Part shown: in pieces, positions 37,301 through 52,300 of the stretch
How positions within the stretch are numbered: position 1 is the stretch's first letter
Layout of the letters: each line of letters starts with the position of its first letter
Source of the DNA: Eledone cirrhosa
Taxonomy: Eukaryota
Direction of reading: 5' to 3'
DNA length: 64,000 nucleotides
NCBI GenBank assembly: GCA_964016885.1
Contig: OZ024741.1
Location: forward strand, 373,984,001-374,048,000
The notes under the pieces: generated by a model
The model's input: only the letters and a program-made list of their open reading frames with translations
Told to the model about the DNA's origin: nothing
Databases searched by the model: none
Made by a program: the position numbers and the translations under genes

Positions 37301-40300
37301 TACTAACTACAATAGCACTAATTACCAATAGTTTAATACTAACTACAGTAGCAGTAATTACAAATAGTTTAATACTAATTACAATAGCAATAATTACCAA
37401 TAGTTTAATACTATCTACAACAGCAGTAATTACCAATAGTTTAATACTAACTACAGTAGCAGTAATTACAAATAGTTTAATACTATCCACAACAGCAGTA
37501 ATTACCAATAGTTTAATACTAACTACAACAGCAGTAATTACCAATAGTTTAATACTAACTACAGTAGCAGTAATTACCAGTAGTTTAATACTAACTACAA
37601 TAGCAGTAATTACCAATAGTTTAATACTAACTACAATAGAAGTAGTTTTCAATAGTTTAATCCTAACTACAGTAGCAGTATTTACCAATAGTTTAATACT
37701 AACTACAATAGCAGTAATTGCCAATAGTTTAATACTAACTACAATAGCAGTAATTACCAATAGTTTAATACTAACTACAGTAGCAGTAATTACCAATAGT
37801 TTAATACTAACTACAATAGCAGTAATTACCAATAGTTTAATACTAACTACAGTAGCAGTAATTACCAATAGTTTAATACTAACTACAATAGCAATAATTA
37901 CCAATAGTTTTATACTAACTACAATATCAGTAATTAACAATAGTTTAATACTAACTACAGTAGCAGTAATTACCAATAGTTTAATACTAACTACAGTAGC
38001 AGTTATTACCAATCGTTTAATACTAACTACAATAGCTGTAATTACCAATAGTTTAATACTAACTACAATAGCAGTAATTACCAATAGTTTAATACTAACT
38101 AAAGTAGCAGTAATTACCAATAGTTTAATACTAACTAAATCAGCAGTGATTACCAATAGTTTAATACTAACTACAGTAGCAGTAATTACCAATAGTTTAA
38201 TACTAACTACAGTAGCAGTAATTACCAATAGTTTAATACTAACTACAGTAGCAGTAATTACCAATATTTTAATAGTACCTACAGTAGCAGTAATTACCAA
38301 TAGTTTAATACTAACTACAGTAGCAGTAATTACCAATATTTTAATACTAACTACAATAGCAGTAATTACCAATAGTTTAATACTAACTACAGTAGCAGTA
38401 ATTACCAATAGTTTAATACTAACTACAATAGCAGTAATTACCAATAGTTTAATACTAACTACATTAGGAGTAATTACCAATAGTTTAATACAAACTACAG
38501 TACCATTAATTACCAATAGTTTAATACTAACTACAGTAGCAGTAATTTCCAATAGTTTAATTCTAATTACAACAGCAGTAATTACCAATAATTTAATACT
38601 AACTATAGTAGCAGTAATTACCAATAGTTTAATACTAACTACAATAGCAGTAATTACCAATAGTTTAATACTAACTACAATAGCAGTAATTACCTATAGT
38701 TTAATACTAACTACAGTATCAGTAATTACCAATAGTTTAATACTAACTACAGTAGCAGTAATTACCAATAGTTTAATACTAACTACAATACCAGTAATTA
38801 CCAATAGTTTAATACTAACTACAGTAGCAGTAATTACCAATAGTTTAATACTAACTACAGTAGCAGTAATTACCAATATTTTAATACTAACTACAATAGC
38901 AGTAATTACCAATAGTTTAATACTAACTACAGTAGCAGTAATTACCAATAGTTTAATACTAACTACAATAGCAGTAATTACCAATAGTTTAATACTAACT
39001 ACAGTAGCAGTAATTACCAATAGTTTAATACTAACTACAGTAGCAGTAATTACCAATAGTTTAATACTAACTACAATAGCAGTAATTACCAATAGTTTAA
39101 TACTAACTACAATAGCACTAATTACCAATAGTTTAATACTAACTACAGTAGCAGTAATTACAAATAGTTTAATACTAATTACAATAGCAATAATTACCAA
39201 TAGTTTAATACTATCTACAACAGCAGTAATTACCAATAGTTTAATACTAACTACAGTAGCAGTAATTACAAATAGTTTAATACTATCTACAACAGCAGTA
39301 ATTACCAATAGTTTAATACTAACTACAACAGCAGTAATTACCAATAGTTTAATACTAACTACAGTAGCAGTAATTACCAATAGTTTAATACTAACTACAG
39401 TAGCAGTTATTACCAATAGTTTAATACTAACTACAATAGCTGTAATTACCAATAGTTTAATACTAACTACAATAGCAGTAATTACCAATAGTTTAATACT
39501 AACTAAAGTAGCAGTAATTACCAATAGTTTAATACTAACTAAATCAGCAGTGATTACCAATAGTTTAATACTAACTACAGTAGCAGTAATTACCAATAGT
39601 TTAATACTAACTACAGTAGCAGTAATTACCAATAGTTTAATACTAACTACAGTAGCAGTAATTACCAATATTTTAATAGTACCTACAGTAGCAGTAATTA
39701 CCAATAGTTTAATACTAACTACAGTAGCAGTAATTTCCAATAGTTTAATTCTAATTACAACAGCAGTAATTACCAATAATTTAATACTAACTATAGTAGA
39801 AGTAATTACCAATAGTTTAATACTAACTACAATAGCAGTAATTACCAATAGTTTAATACTAACTACAATAGCAGTAATTACCTATAGTTTAATACTAACT
39901 ACAGTATCAGTAATTACCAATAGTTTAATACTAACTACAGTAGCAGTAATTACCAATAGTTTAATACTAACTACAATACCAGTAATTACCAATAGTTTAA
40001 TACTAACTACAATAGCAGTAATTACCAATAGTTTAATACTAACTACAGTAGCAGTAATTACCAATATTTTAATACTAACTACAATAGCAGTAATTACCAA
40101 TAGTTTAATACTAACTACAGTAGCAGTAATTACCAATAGTTTAATACTAACTACAATAGCAGTAATTACCAATAGTTTAATACTAACTACAGTAGCAGTA
40201 ATTACCAATAGTTTAATACTAACTACAGTAGCAGTAATTACCAATAGTTTAATACTAACTACAATAGCAGTAATTACCAATAGTTTAATACTTACTACAA

Positions 40301-43300
40301 TAGCACTAATTACCAATAGTTTAATACTAACTACAGTAGCAGTAATTACAAATAGTTTAATACTAATTACAATAGCAATAATTACCAATAGTTTAATACT
40401 ATCTACAACAGCAGTAATTACCAATAGTTTAATACTAACTGCAGTAGCAGTAATTACAAATAGTTTAATACTATCTACAACAGCAGTAATTACCAATAGT
40501 TTAATACTAACTACAACAGCAGTAATTACCAATAGTTTAATACTAACTACAGTAGCAGTAATTACCAGTAGTTTAATACTAACTACAATAGCAGTAATTA
40601 CCAATAGTTTAATACTAACTACAGTAGCAGTTATTACCAATAGTTTAATACTAACTACAATAGCTGTAATTACCAATAGTTTAATACTAACTACAATAGC
40701 AGTAATTACCAATAGTTTAATACTAACTAAAGTAGCAGTAATTACCAATAGTTTAATACTAACTAAATCAGCAGTGATTACCAATAGTTCAATACTAACT
40801 ACAGTAGCAGTAATTACCAATAGTTTAATACTAACTACAGTAGCAGTAATTACCAATAGTTTAATACTAACTACAGTAGCAGTAATTACCAATATTTTAA
40901 TAGTACCTACAGTAGCAGTAATTACCAATAGTTTAATACTAACTACAGTAGCAGTAATTACCAATATTTTAATACTAACTACAATAGCAGTAATTACCAA
41001 TAGTTTAATACTAACTACAGTAGCAGTAATTACCAATAGTTTAATACTAACTACAATAGCAGTAATTACCAATAGTTTAATACTAACTACATTAGGAGTA
41101 ATTACCAATAGTTTAATACAAACTACAGTACCATTAATTACCAATAGTTTAATACTAACTACAGTAGCAGTAATTTCCAATAGTTTAATTCTAATTACAA
41201 CAGCAGTAATTACCAATAATTTAATACTAACTATAGTAGCAGTAATTACCAATAGTTTAATACTAACTACAATAGCAGTAATTACCAATAGTTTAATACT
41301 AACTACAATAGCAGTAATTACCTATAGTTTAATACTAACTACAGTATCAGTAATTACCAATAGTTTAATACTAACTACAGTAGCAGTAATTACCAATAGT
41401 TTAATACTAACTAAAATACCAGTAATTACCAATAGTTTAATACTAACTACAGTAGCAGTAATTACCAATAGTTTAATACTAACTACAGTAGCAGTAATTA
41501 CCAATATTTTAATACTAACTACAATAGCAGTAATTACCAATAGTTTAATACTAACTACAGTAGCAGTAATTACCAATAGTTTAATACTAACTACAATAGC
41601 AGTAATTACCAATAGTTTAATACTAACTACAGTAGCAGTAATTACCAATAGTTTAATACTAACTACAGTAGCAGTAATTACCAATAGTTTAATACTAACT
41701 ACAATAGCAGTAATTACCAATAGTTTAATACTAACTACAATAGCACTAATTACCAATAGTTTAATACTAACTACAGTAGCAGTAATTACAAATAGTTTAA
41801 TACTAATTACAATAGCAATAATTACCAATAGTTTAATACTATCTACAACAGCAGTAATTACCAATAGTTTAATACTAACTACAGTAGCAGTAATTACAAA
41901 TAGTTTTATACTATCTACAACAGCAGTAATTACCAATAGTTTAATACTAACTACAACAGCAGTAATTACCAATAGTTTAATACTAACTACAGTAGCAGTA
42001 ATTACCAGTAGTTTAATACTAACTACAATAGCAGTAATTACCAATAGTTTAATACTAACTACAATAGAAGTAATTTTCAATAGTTTAATCCTAACTACAA
42101 TAGCAGTAATTACAAATAGTTTAATACTAACTACAATAGCAGTAATTACCAATAGTTTAATACTAACTACAGTAGCAGTAATTACCAATAGTTTAATACT
42201 AACTACAATAGAAGTAATTTTCAATAGTTTAATCCTAACTACAATAGCAATAATTACCAATAGTTTAATACTAACTAAAGTAGCAGTAATTACCAATAGT
42301 TTAATACTAACTAAATCAGCAGTGATTACCAATATTTTAATACTAACTACAGTAGCAGTAATTACCAATAGTTTAATACTAACTACAGTAGCAGTAATTA
42401 CCAATAGTTTAATACTAACTACAGTAGCAGTAATTACCAATATTTTAATAGTACCTACAGTAGCAGTAATTTCCAATACTTTAATACTAACTAGAGTAGC
42501 AGTAATTACCAATAATTTAATACTAACTACAGTAGCAGTAATTACCATAGTTTAATACTAACTACAATAGCAGCAATTACCAATAGTCTAATACTAACTA
42601 CAATAGAAGTAATTACCAATAGTTTAATACTAACGAGAGTAGTAGTAATTACAAAAGGTTTAATACTAACTACATTAGCAGTAATTACCAATAGTTTAAA
42701 ACTAACTACAGTAGCAGTAAGTACCAATAGTTTAATACAAACTACAGTACCAGTAATTACCAATAGTTTAATACTAACTACAGTAGCAGTAATTTCCAAT
42801 AGTTTAATTCTAATTACAACAGCAGTAATTACCAATAGTTTAATACTAACAACAGTAGCAGTAATTACCAATAGTTTAATACTAACTACAATACCAGTAA
42901 TTACCAATAGTTTAATACTAACTACAGTAGCAGTAATTACCAATAGTTTAATACTAACTACAGTAGCAGTAATTGCCAATATTTTAATACTAACTACAAT
43001 AGCAGTAATTACCAATAGTTTAATACTAACTACAGTAGCAGTATTTACCAATAGTTTAATACTAACTACAGTAGCAGTAATTACCAATAGTTTAATACTA
43101 ACTACAATAGCAGTAATTACCAATAGTTTAATAGTAACTACATTAGCAGTAATTACCAATAGTTTAATACAAAATACAGCACCAGTAATTACCAATAGTT
43201 TAATACTAACTACAGTAGCAGTAATTTCCAATAGTTTAATTCTAATTACAACAGCATTAATTACCAATAATTTAATACTAACTATAGTAGCAGTAATTAC

Positions 43301-46300
43301 CAATAGTTTAATACTAACTACAATAGCAGTAATTACCAATAGTTTAATACTAACTACAATAGCAGTAATTACCTATAGTTTAATACTAACTACAGTATCA
43401 GTAATTACCAATAGTTTAATACTAACTACAGTAGCAGTAATTACCAATAGTTTAATACTAACTACAATACCAGTAATTACCAATAGTTTAATACTAACTA
43501 CAGTAGCAGTAATTACCAATAGTTTAATACTAACTACAGTAGCAGTAATTACCAATATTTTAATACTAACTACAATAGCAGTAATTACCAATAGTTTAAT
43601 ACTAACTACAGTAGCAGTAATTACCAATAGTTTAATACTAACTACAATAGCAGTAATTACCAATAGTTTAATACTAACTACAGTAGCAGTAATTACCAAT
43701 AGTTTAATACTAACTACAGTAGCAGTAATTACCAATAGTTTAATACTAACTACAATAGCAGTAATTACCAATAGTTTAATACTAACTACAGTAGCAGTAA
43801 TTACCAATAGTTTAATACTAACTACAATAGCAATAATTACCAATAGTTTAATACTAACTACAATAGCAGTAATTACCAATAGTTTAATACTAACTACAGT
43901 AGCAGTAATTACCAATAGTTTAAAACTAACTACAGTAGCAGTTATTACCAATAGTTTAATACTAACTACAATAGCTGTAATTACCAATAGTTTAATACTA
44001 ACTACAATAGCAGTAATTACCAATAGTTTAATACTAACTAAAGTAGCAGTAATTACCAATAGTTTAATACTAACTAAATCAGCAGTGATTACCAATAGTT
44101 TAATACTAACTACAGTAGCAGTAATTACCAATAGTTTAATACTAACTACAGTAGCAGTAATTACCAATATTTTAATAGTACCTACAGTAGCAGTAATTTC
44201 CAATACTTTAATACTAACTACAGTAGCAGTAATTACCAATAATTTAATACTAACTACAGTAGCAGTAATTACCAATAGTTTAATACTAACTACAATAGCA
44301 GTAATTACCAATAGTTTAATACTAACTACAGTAGCAGTAATTACCAATATTTTAATAGTACCTACAGTAGCAGTAATTTCCAATACTTTAATACTAACTA
44401 CAGTAGCAGTAATTACCAATAGTTTAATACTAACTACAATAGCAGTAATTACCAATAGTTTAATACTAACTACAGTAGCAGTAATTACCAATAGTTTAAT
44501 ACTAACTACAATAGCAGTAATTACCAATAGTTTAATAGTAACTACATTAGCAGTAATTACCAATAGTTTAATACAAAATACAGCACCAGTAATTACCAAT
44601 AGTTTAATACTAACTACAGTAGCAGTAATTTCCAATAGTTTAATTCTAATTACAACAGCATTAATTACCAATAATTTAATACTAACTATAGTAGCAGTAA
44701 TTACCAATAGTTTAATACTAACTACAATAGCAGTAATTACCAATAGTTTAATACTAACTACAATAGCAGTAATTACCTATAGTTTAATACTAACTACAGT
44801 ATCAGTAATTACCAATAGTTTAATACTAACTACAGTAGCAGTAATTACCAATAGTTTAATACTAACTACAATACCAGTAATTACCAATAGTTTAATACTA
44901 ACTACAGTAGCAGTAATTACCAATAGTTTAATACTAACTACAGTAGCAGTAATTACCAATATTTTAATACTAACTACAATAGCAGTAATTACCAATAGTT
45001 TAATACTAACTACAGTAGCAGTAATTACCAATAGTTTAATACTAACTACAATAGCAGTAATTACCAATAGTTTAATACTAACTACAGTAGCAGTAATTAC
45101 CAATAGTTTAATACTAACTACAGTAGCAGTAATTACCAATAGTTTAATACTAACTACAATAGCAGTAATTACCAATAGTTTAATACTAACTACAGTAGCA
45201 GTAATTACCAATAGTTTAATACTAACTACAATAGCAATAATTACCAATAGTTTAATACTAACTACAATAGCAGTAATTACCAATAGTTTAATACTAACTA
45301 CAGTAGCAGTAATTACCAATAGTTTAAAACTAACTACAGTAGCAGTTATTAACAATAGTTTAATACTAACTACAATAGCTGTAATTACCAATAGTTTAAT
45401 ACTAACTACAATAGCAGTAATTACCAATAGTTTAATACTAACTAAAGTAGCAGTAATTACCAATAGTTTAATACTAACTAAATCAGCAGTGATTACCAAT
45501 AGTTTAATACTAACTACAGTAGCAGTAATTACCAATAGTTTAATACTAACTACAGTAGCAGTAATTACCAATATTTTAATAGTACCTACAGTAGCAGTAA
45601 TTTCCAATACTTTAATACTAACTACAGTAGCAGTAATTACCAATAATTTAATACTAACTACAGTAGCAGTAATTACCAATAGTTTAATACTAACTACAAT
45701 AGCAGTAATTACCAATAGTTTAATACTAACTACAGTAGCAGTAATTACCAATATTTTAATAGTACCTACAGTAGCAGTAATTTCCAATACTTTAATACTA
45801 ACTACAGTAGCAGTAATTACCAATAATTTAATACTGACTACAGTAGCAGTAATTACCAATAGTTTAATACTAACTACAATAGCAGTAATTACCAATAGTT
45901 TAATACTAACTACAATAGCACTAATTACCAATAGTTTAATACTAACTACAGTAGCAGTAATTACAAATAGTTTAATACTAATTACAATAGCAATAATTAC
46001 CAATAGTTTAATACTATCTACAACAGCAGTAATTACCAATAGTTTAATACTAACTACAGTAGCAGTAATTACAAATAGTTTAATACTATCTACAACAGCA
46101 GTAATTACCAATAGTTTAATACTAACTACAACAGCAGTAATTACCAATAGTTTAATACTAACTACAGTAGCAGTAATTACCAGTAGTTTAATACTAACTA
46201 CAATAGCAGTAATTACCAATAGTTTAATACTAACTACAATAGAAGTAATTTTCAATAGTTTAATCCTAACTACAATAGCAGTAATTACCAATAGTTTAAT

Positions 46301-49300
46301 ACTAACTACAATAGCAGTAATTACCAATAGTTTAATACTAACTACAGTAGCAGTAATTACCAATAGTTTAATACTAACTACAATAGAAGTAATTTTCAAT
46401 AGTTTAATCCTAACTACAATAGCAATAATTACCAATAGTTTAATACTAACTAAAGTAGCAGTAATTACCAATAGTTTAATACTAACTAAATCAGCAGTGA
46501 TTACCAATAGTTTAATACTAACTACAGTAGCAGTAATTACCAATAGTTTAATACTAACTACAGTAGCAGTAATTACCAATAGTTTAATACTAACTACAGT
46601 AGCAGTAATTACCAATATTTTAATAGTACCTACAGTAGCAGTAATTTCCAATACTTTAATACTAACTACAGTAGCAGTAATTACCAATAATTTAATACTA
46701 ACTACAGTAGCAGTAATTACCATAGTTTAATACTAACTACAATAGCAGCAATTACCAATAGTCTAATACTAACTACAATAGAAGTAATTACCAATAGTTT
46801 AATACTAACGAGAGTAGTAGTAATTACAAATGGTTTAATACTAACTACATTAGCTGTAATTACCCATAGTTTAAAACTAACTACAGTAGCAGTAAGTACC
46901 AATAGTTTAATACTAACTACATTAGCAGTAATTACCAATAGTTTAATACAAACTACAGTACCAGTAATTACCAATAGTTTAATACTAACTACAGTAGCAG
47001 TAATTACCAATAGTTTAATACTAACTACAATAGCAGTAATTACCAATAGTTTAATACTAACTACAGTAGCAGTAATTACCAATAGTTTAATACTAACTAC
47101 AATAGCAGTAATTACCAATAGTTTAATACTAACTACAATAGCACTAATTACCAATACTTTAATACTAACTACAGTAGCAGTAATTACCAATAGTTTAATA
47201 CTAACTACAGTAGCAGTAATTACCAATAGTTTAATACTAACTACAGTAGCAGTAATTACCAATAGTTTAATACTAACTACAGTAGCAGTAATTTCCAATA
47301 GTTTAATTCTAATTACAACAGCAGTAATTACCAATAGTTTAATACTAACAACAGTAGCAGTAATTACCAATAGTTTAATACTAACTACAATACCAGTAAT
47401 TACCAATAGTTTAATACTAACTACAGTAGCAGTAATTACCAATAGTTTAATACTAACTACAGTAGCAGTAATTACCAATAGTTTAATACTAACTACAATA
47501 GCAGTAATTACCAATAGTTTAATACTAACTACAGTAGCAGTAATTACCAATAGTTTAATACTAACTACAATAGCAGTAATTACCAATAGTTTAATACTAA
47601 CTACAGTAGCAGTAATTACCAATAGTTTAATACTAACTACAGTAGCAGTAATTACCAATAGTTTAATACTAACTACAATAGCAGTAATTACCAATAGTTT
47701 AATACTAACTACAATAGCACTAATTACCAATACTTTAATACTAACTACAGTAGCAGTAATTACCAATAGTTTAATACTATCTACAACAGCAGTAATTACC
47801 AATAGTTTAATACTAACTACAACAGCAGTAATTACCAATAGTTTAATACTAACTACAGTAGCAGTAATTACCAGTAGTTTAATACTAACTACAATAGCAG
47901 TAATTACCAATAGTTTAATACTAACTACAATAGAGGTAATTTTCAATAGTTTAATCCTAACTACAGTAGCAGTATTTACCAATAGTTTAATACTAACTAC
48001 AATAGCAGTAATTGCCAATAGTTTAATACTAACTACAGTAGCAGTAATTACCAATAGTTTAATACTAACTACAGTAGCAGTAATTACCAATATTTTAATA
48101 CTAACTACAATAGCAGTAATTACCAATAGTTTAATACTAACTACAGTAGCAGTAATTACCAATAGTTTAATACTAACTACAATAGTAGTAATTACCAATA
48201 GTTTAATACTAACTACAGTAGCAGTAATTACCAATAGCTTAATACTAACTACAGTAGCAGTAATTACCAATAGTTTAATACTAACTACAATAGAAGTAAT
48301 TACCAATAGTTTAATACTAACTACAATAGCACTAATTACCAATAGTTTAATACTAACTACAGTAGCAGTAATTACAAATAGTTTAATACTAATTACAATA
48401 GCAATAATTACCAATAGTTTAATACTATCTACAACAGCAGTAATTACCAATAGTTTAATACTAACTACAGTAGCAGTAATTACCAATAGTTTAATACTAA
48501 CTACAATAGTAGTAATTACCAATAGTTTAATACTAACTACAGTAGCAGTAATTACCAATAGCTTAATACTAACTACAGTAGCAGTAATTACCAATAGTTT
48601 AATACTAACTACAACAGCAGTAATTACCAATAGTTTAATACTAACTACAGTAGCAGTAATTACCAGTAGTTTAATACTAACTACAATAGCAGTAATTACC
48701 AATAGTTTAATACTAACTACAACAGAAGTAATTTTCAATAGTTTAATCCTAACTACAGTAGCAGTATTTACCAATAGTTTAATACTAACTACAATAGCAG
48801 TAATTGCCAATAGTTTAATACTAACTACAATAGCAGTAATTACCAATAGTTTAATACTAACTACAGTAGCAGTAATTACCAATAGTTTAATACTAACTAC
48901 AATAGCAGTAATTACCAATAGTTTAATACTAACTACAGTAGCAGTAATTACCAATAGTTTAATACTAACTACAATAGCAGTAATTACCAATAGTTTAATA
49001 CTAACTACAGTAGCAGTAATTACCAATAGTTTAATACTAACTACAGTAGCAGTAATTACCAATAGTTTAATACTAACTACAATAGCAGTAATTACCAATA
49101 GTTTAATACTAACTACAATAGCACTAATTACCAATAGTTTAATACTAACTACAGTAGCAGTAATTACCAATAGTTTAATACTATCTACAACAGCAGTAAT
49201 TACCAATAGTTTAATACTAACTACAACAGCAGTAATTACCAATAGTTTAATACTAACTACAGTAGCAGTAATTACCAGTAGTTTAATACTAACTACAATA

Positions 49301-52300
49301 GCAGTAATTACCAATAGTTTAATACTAACTACAATTGAGGTAATTTTCAATAGTTTAATCCTAACTACAGTAGCAGTATTTACCAATAGTTTAATACTAA
49401 CTACAATAGCAGTAATTGCCAATAGTTTAATACTAACTACAGTAGCAGTAATTACCAATAGTTTAATACTAACTACAGTAGCAGTAATTACCAATAGTTT
49501 AATACTAACTACAGTAGCAGTAATTACCAATATTTTAATAGTACCTACAGTAGCAGTAATTTCCAATACTTTAATACTAACTACAGTAGCAGTAATTACC
49601 AATAATTTAATACTAACTACAGTAGCAGTAATTACCATAGTTTAATACTAACTACAATAGCAGCAATTACCAATAGTCTAATACTAACTACAATAGAAGT
49701 AATTACCAATAGTTTAATACTAACGAGAGTAGTAGTAATTACAAATGGTTTAATACTAACTACATTAGCTGTAATTACCCATAGTTTAAAACTAACTACA
49801 GTAGCAGTAAGTACCAATAGTTTAATACTAACTACATTAGCAGTAATTACCAATAGTTTAATACAAACTACAGTACCAGTAATTACCAATAGTTTAATAC
49901 TAACTACAGTAGCAGTAATTTCCAATAGTTTAATTCTAATTACAACAGCAGTAATTACCAATAGTTTAATACTAACAACAGTAGCAGTAATTACCAATAG
50001 TTTAATACTAACTACAATACCAGTAATTACCAATAGTTTAATACTAACTACAGTAGCAGTAATTACCAATAGTTTAATACTAACTACAGTAGCAGTAATT
50101 ACCAATAGTTTAATACTAACTACAATAGCAGTAATTACCAATAGTTTAATACTAACTACAGTAGCAGTAATTACCAATAGTTTAATACTAACTACAATAG
50201 CAGTAATTACCAATAGTTTAATACTAACTACAGTAGCAGTAATTACCAATAGTTTAATACTAACTACAGTAGCAGTAATTACCAATAGTTTAATACTAAC
50301 TACAATAGCAGTAATTACCAATAGTTTAATACTAACTACAATAGCACTAATTACCAATACTTTAATACTAACTACAGTAGCAGTAATTACCAATAGTTTA
50401 ATACTATCTACAACAGCAGTAATTACCAATAGTTTAATACTAACTACAACAGCAGTAATTACCAATAGTTTAATACTAACTACAGTAGCAGTAATTACCA
50501 GTAGTTTAATACTAACTACAATAGCAGTAATTACCAATAGTTTAATACTAACTACAATAGAGGTAATTTTCAATAGTTTAATCCTAACTACAGTAGCAGT
50601 ATTTACCAATAGTTTAATACTAACTACAATAGCAGTAATTGCCAATAGTTTAATACTAACTACAGTAGCAGTAATTACCAATAGTTTAATACTAACTACA
50701 GTAGCAGTAATTACCAATATTTTAATACTAACTACAACAGCAGTAATTACCAATAGTTTAATACTAACTACAGTAGCAGTAATTACCAATAGTTTAATAC
50801 TAACTACAATAGTAGTATTTACCAATAGTTTAATACTAACTACAGTAGCAGTAATTACCAATAGCTTAATACTAACTACAGTAGCAGTAATTACCAATAG
50901 TTTAATACTAACTACAATAGCAGTAATTACCAATAGTTTAATACTAACTACAATAGCACTAATTACCAATAGTTTAATACTAACTACAGTAGCAGTAACT
51001 ACAAATAGTTTAATAGCAATAATTACCAACAGTTTAATACTATCTACAACAGCAGTAATTACCAATAGTTTAATACTAACTACAGTAGCAGTAATTACCA
51101 ATAGTTTAATACTAACTACAATAGTAGTAATTACCAATAGTTTAATACTAACTACAGTAGCAGTAATTACCAATAGCTTAATACTAACTACAGTAGCAGT
51201 AATTACCAATAGTTTAATACTAACTACAACAGCAGTAATTACCAATAGTTTAATACTAACTACAGTAGCAGTAATTACCAGTAGTTTAATACTAACTACA
51301 ATAGCAGTAATTACCAATAGTTTAATACTAACTACAACAGAAGTAATTTTCAATAGTTTAATCCTAACTACAGTAGCAGTATTTACCAATAGTTTAATAC
51401 TAACTACAATAGCAGTAATTGCCAATAGTTTAATACTAACTACAATAGCAGTAATTACCAATAGTTTAATACTAACTACAGTAGCAGTAATTACCAATAG
51501 TTTAATACTAACTACAATAGCAGTAATTACCAATAGTTTAATACTAACTACAGTAGCAGTAATTACCAATAGTTTAATACTAACTACAATAGCAGTAATT
51601 ACCAATAGTTTAATACTAACTACAGTAGCAGTAATTACCAATAGTTTAATACTAACTACAGTAGCAGTAATTACCAATAGTTTAATACTAACTACAATAG
51701 CAGTAATTACCAATAGTTTAATACTAACTACAATAGTACTAATTACCAATAGTTTAATACTAACTACAGTAGCAGTAATTACCAATAGTTTAATACTATC
51801 TACAACAGCAGTAATTACCAATAGTTTAATACTAACTACAACAGCAGTAATTACCAATAGTTTAATACTAACTACAGTAGCAGTAATTACCAGTAGTTTA
51901 ATACTAACTACAATAGCAGTAATTACCAATAGTTTAATACTAACTACAATTGAGGTAATTTTCAATAGTTTAATCCTAACTACAGTAGCAGTATTTACCA
52001 ATAGTTTAATACTAACTACAATAGCAGTAATTGCCAATAGTTTAATACTAACTACAGTAGCAGTAATTACCAATAGTTTAATACTAACTACAGTAGCAGT
52101 AATTACCAATATTTTAATACTAACTACAATAGCAGTAATTACCAATAGTTTAATACTAACTACAGTAGCAGTAATTACCAATAGTTTAATACTAACTACA
52201 ATAGCAGTAATTACCAATAGTTTAATACTAACTACAGTAGCAGTAATTACCAATAGCTTAATACTAACTACAGTAGCAGTAATTACCAATAGTTTAATAC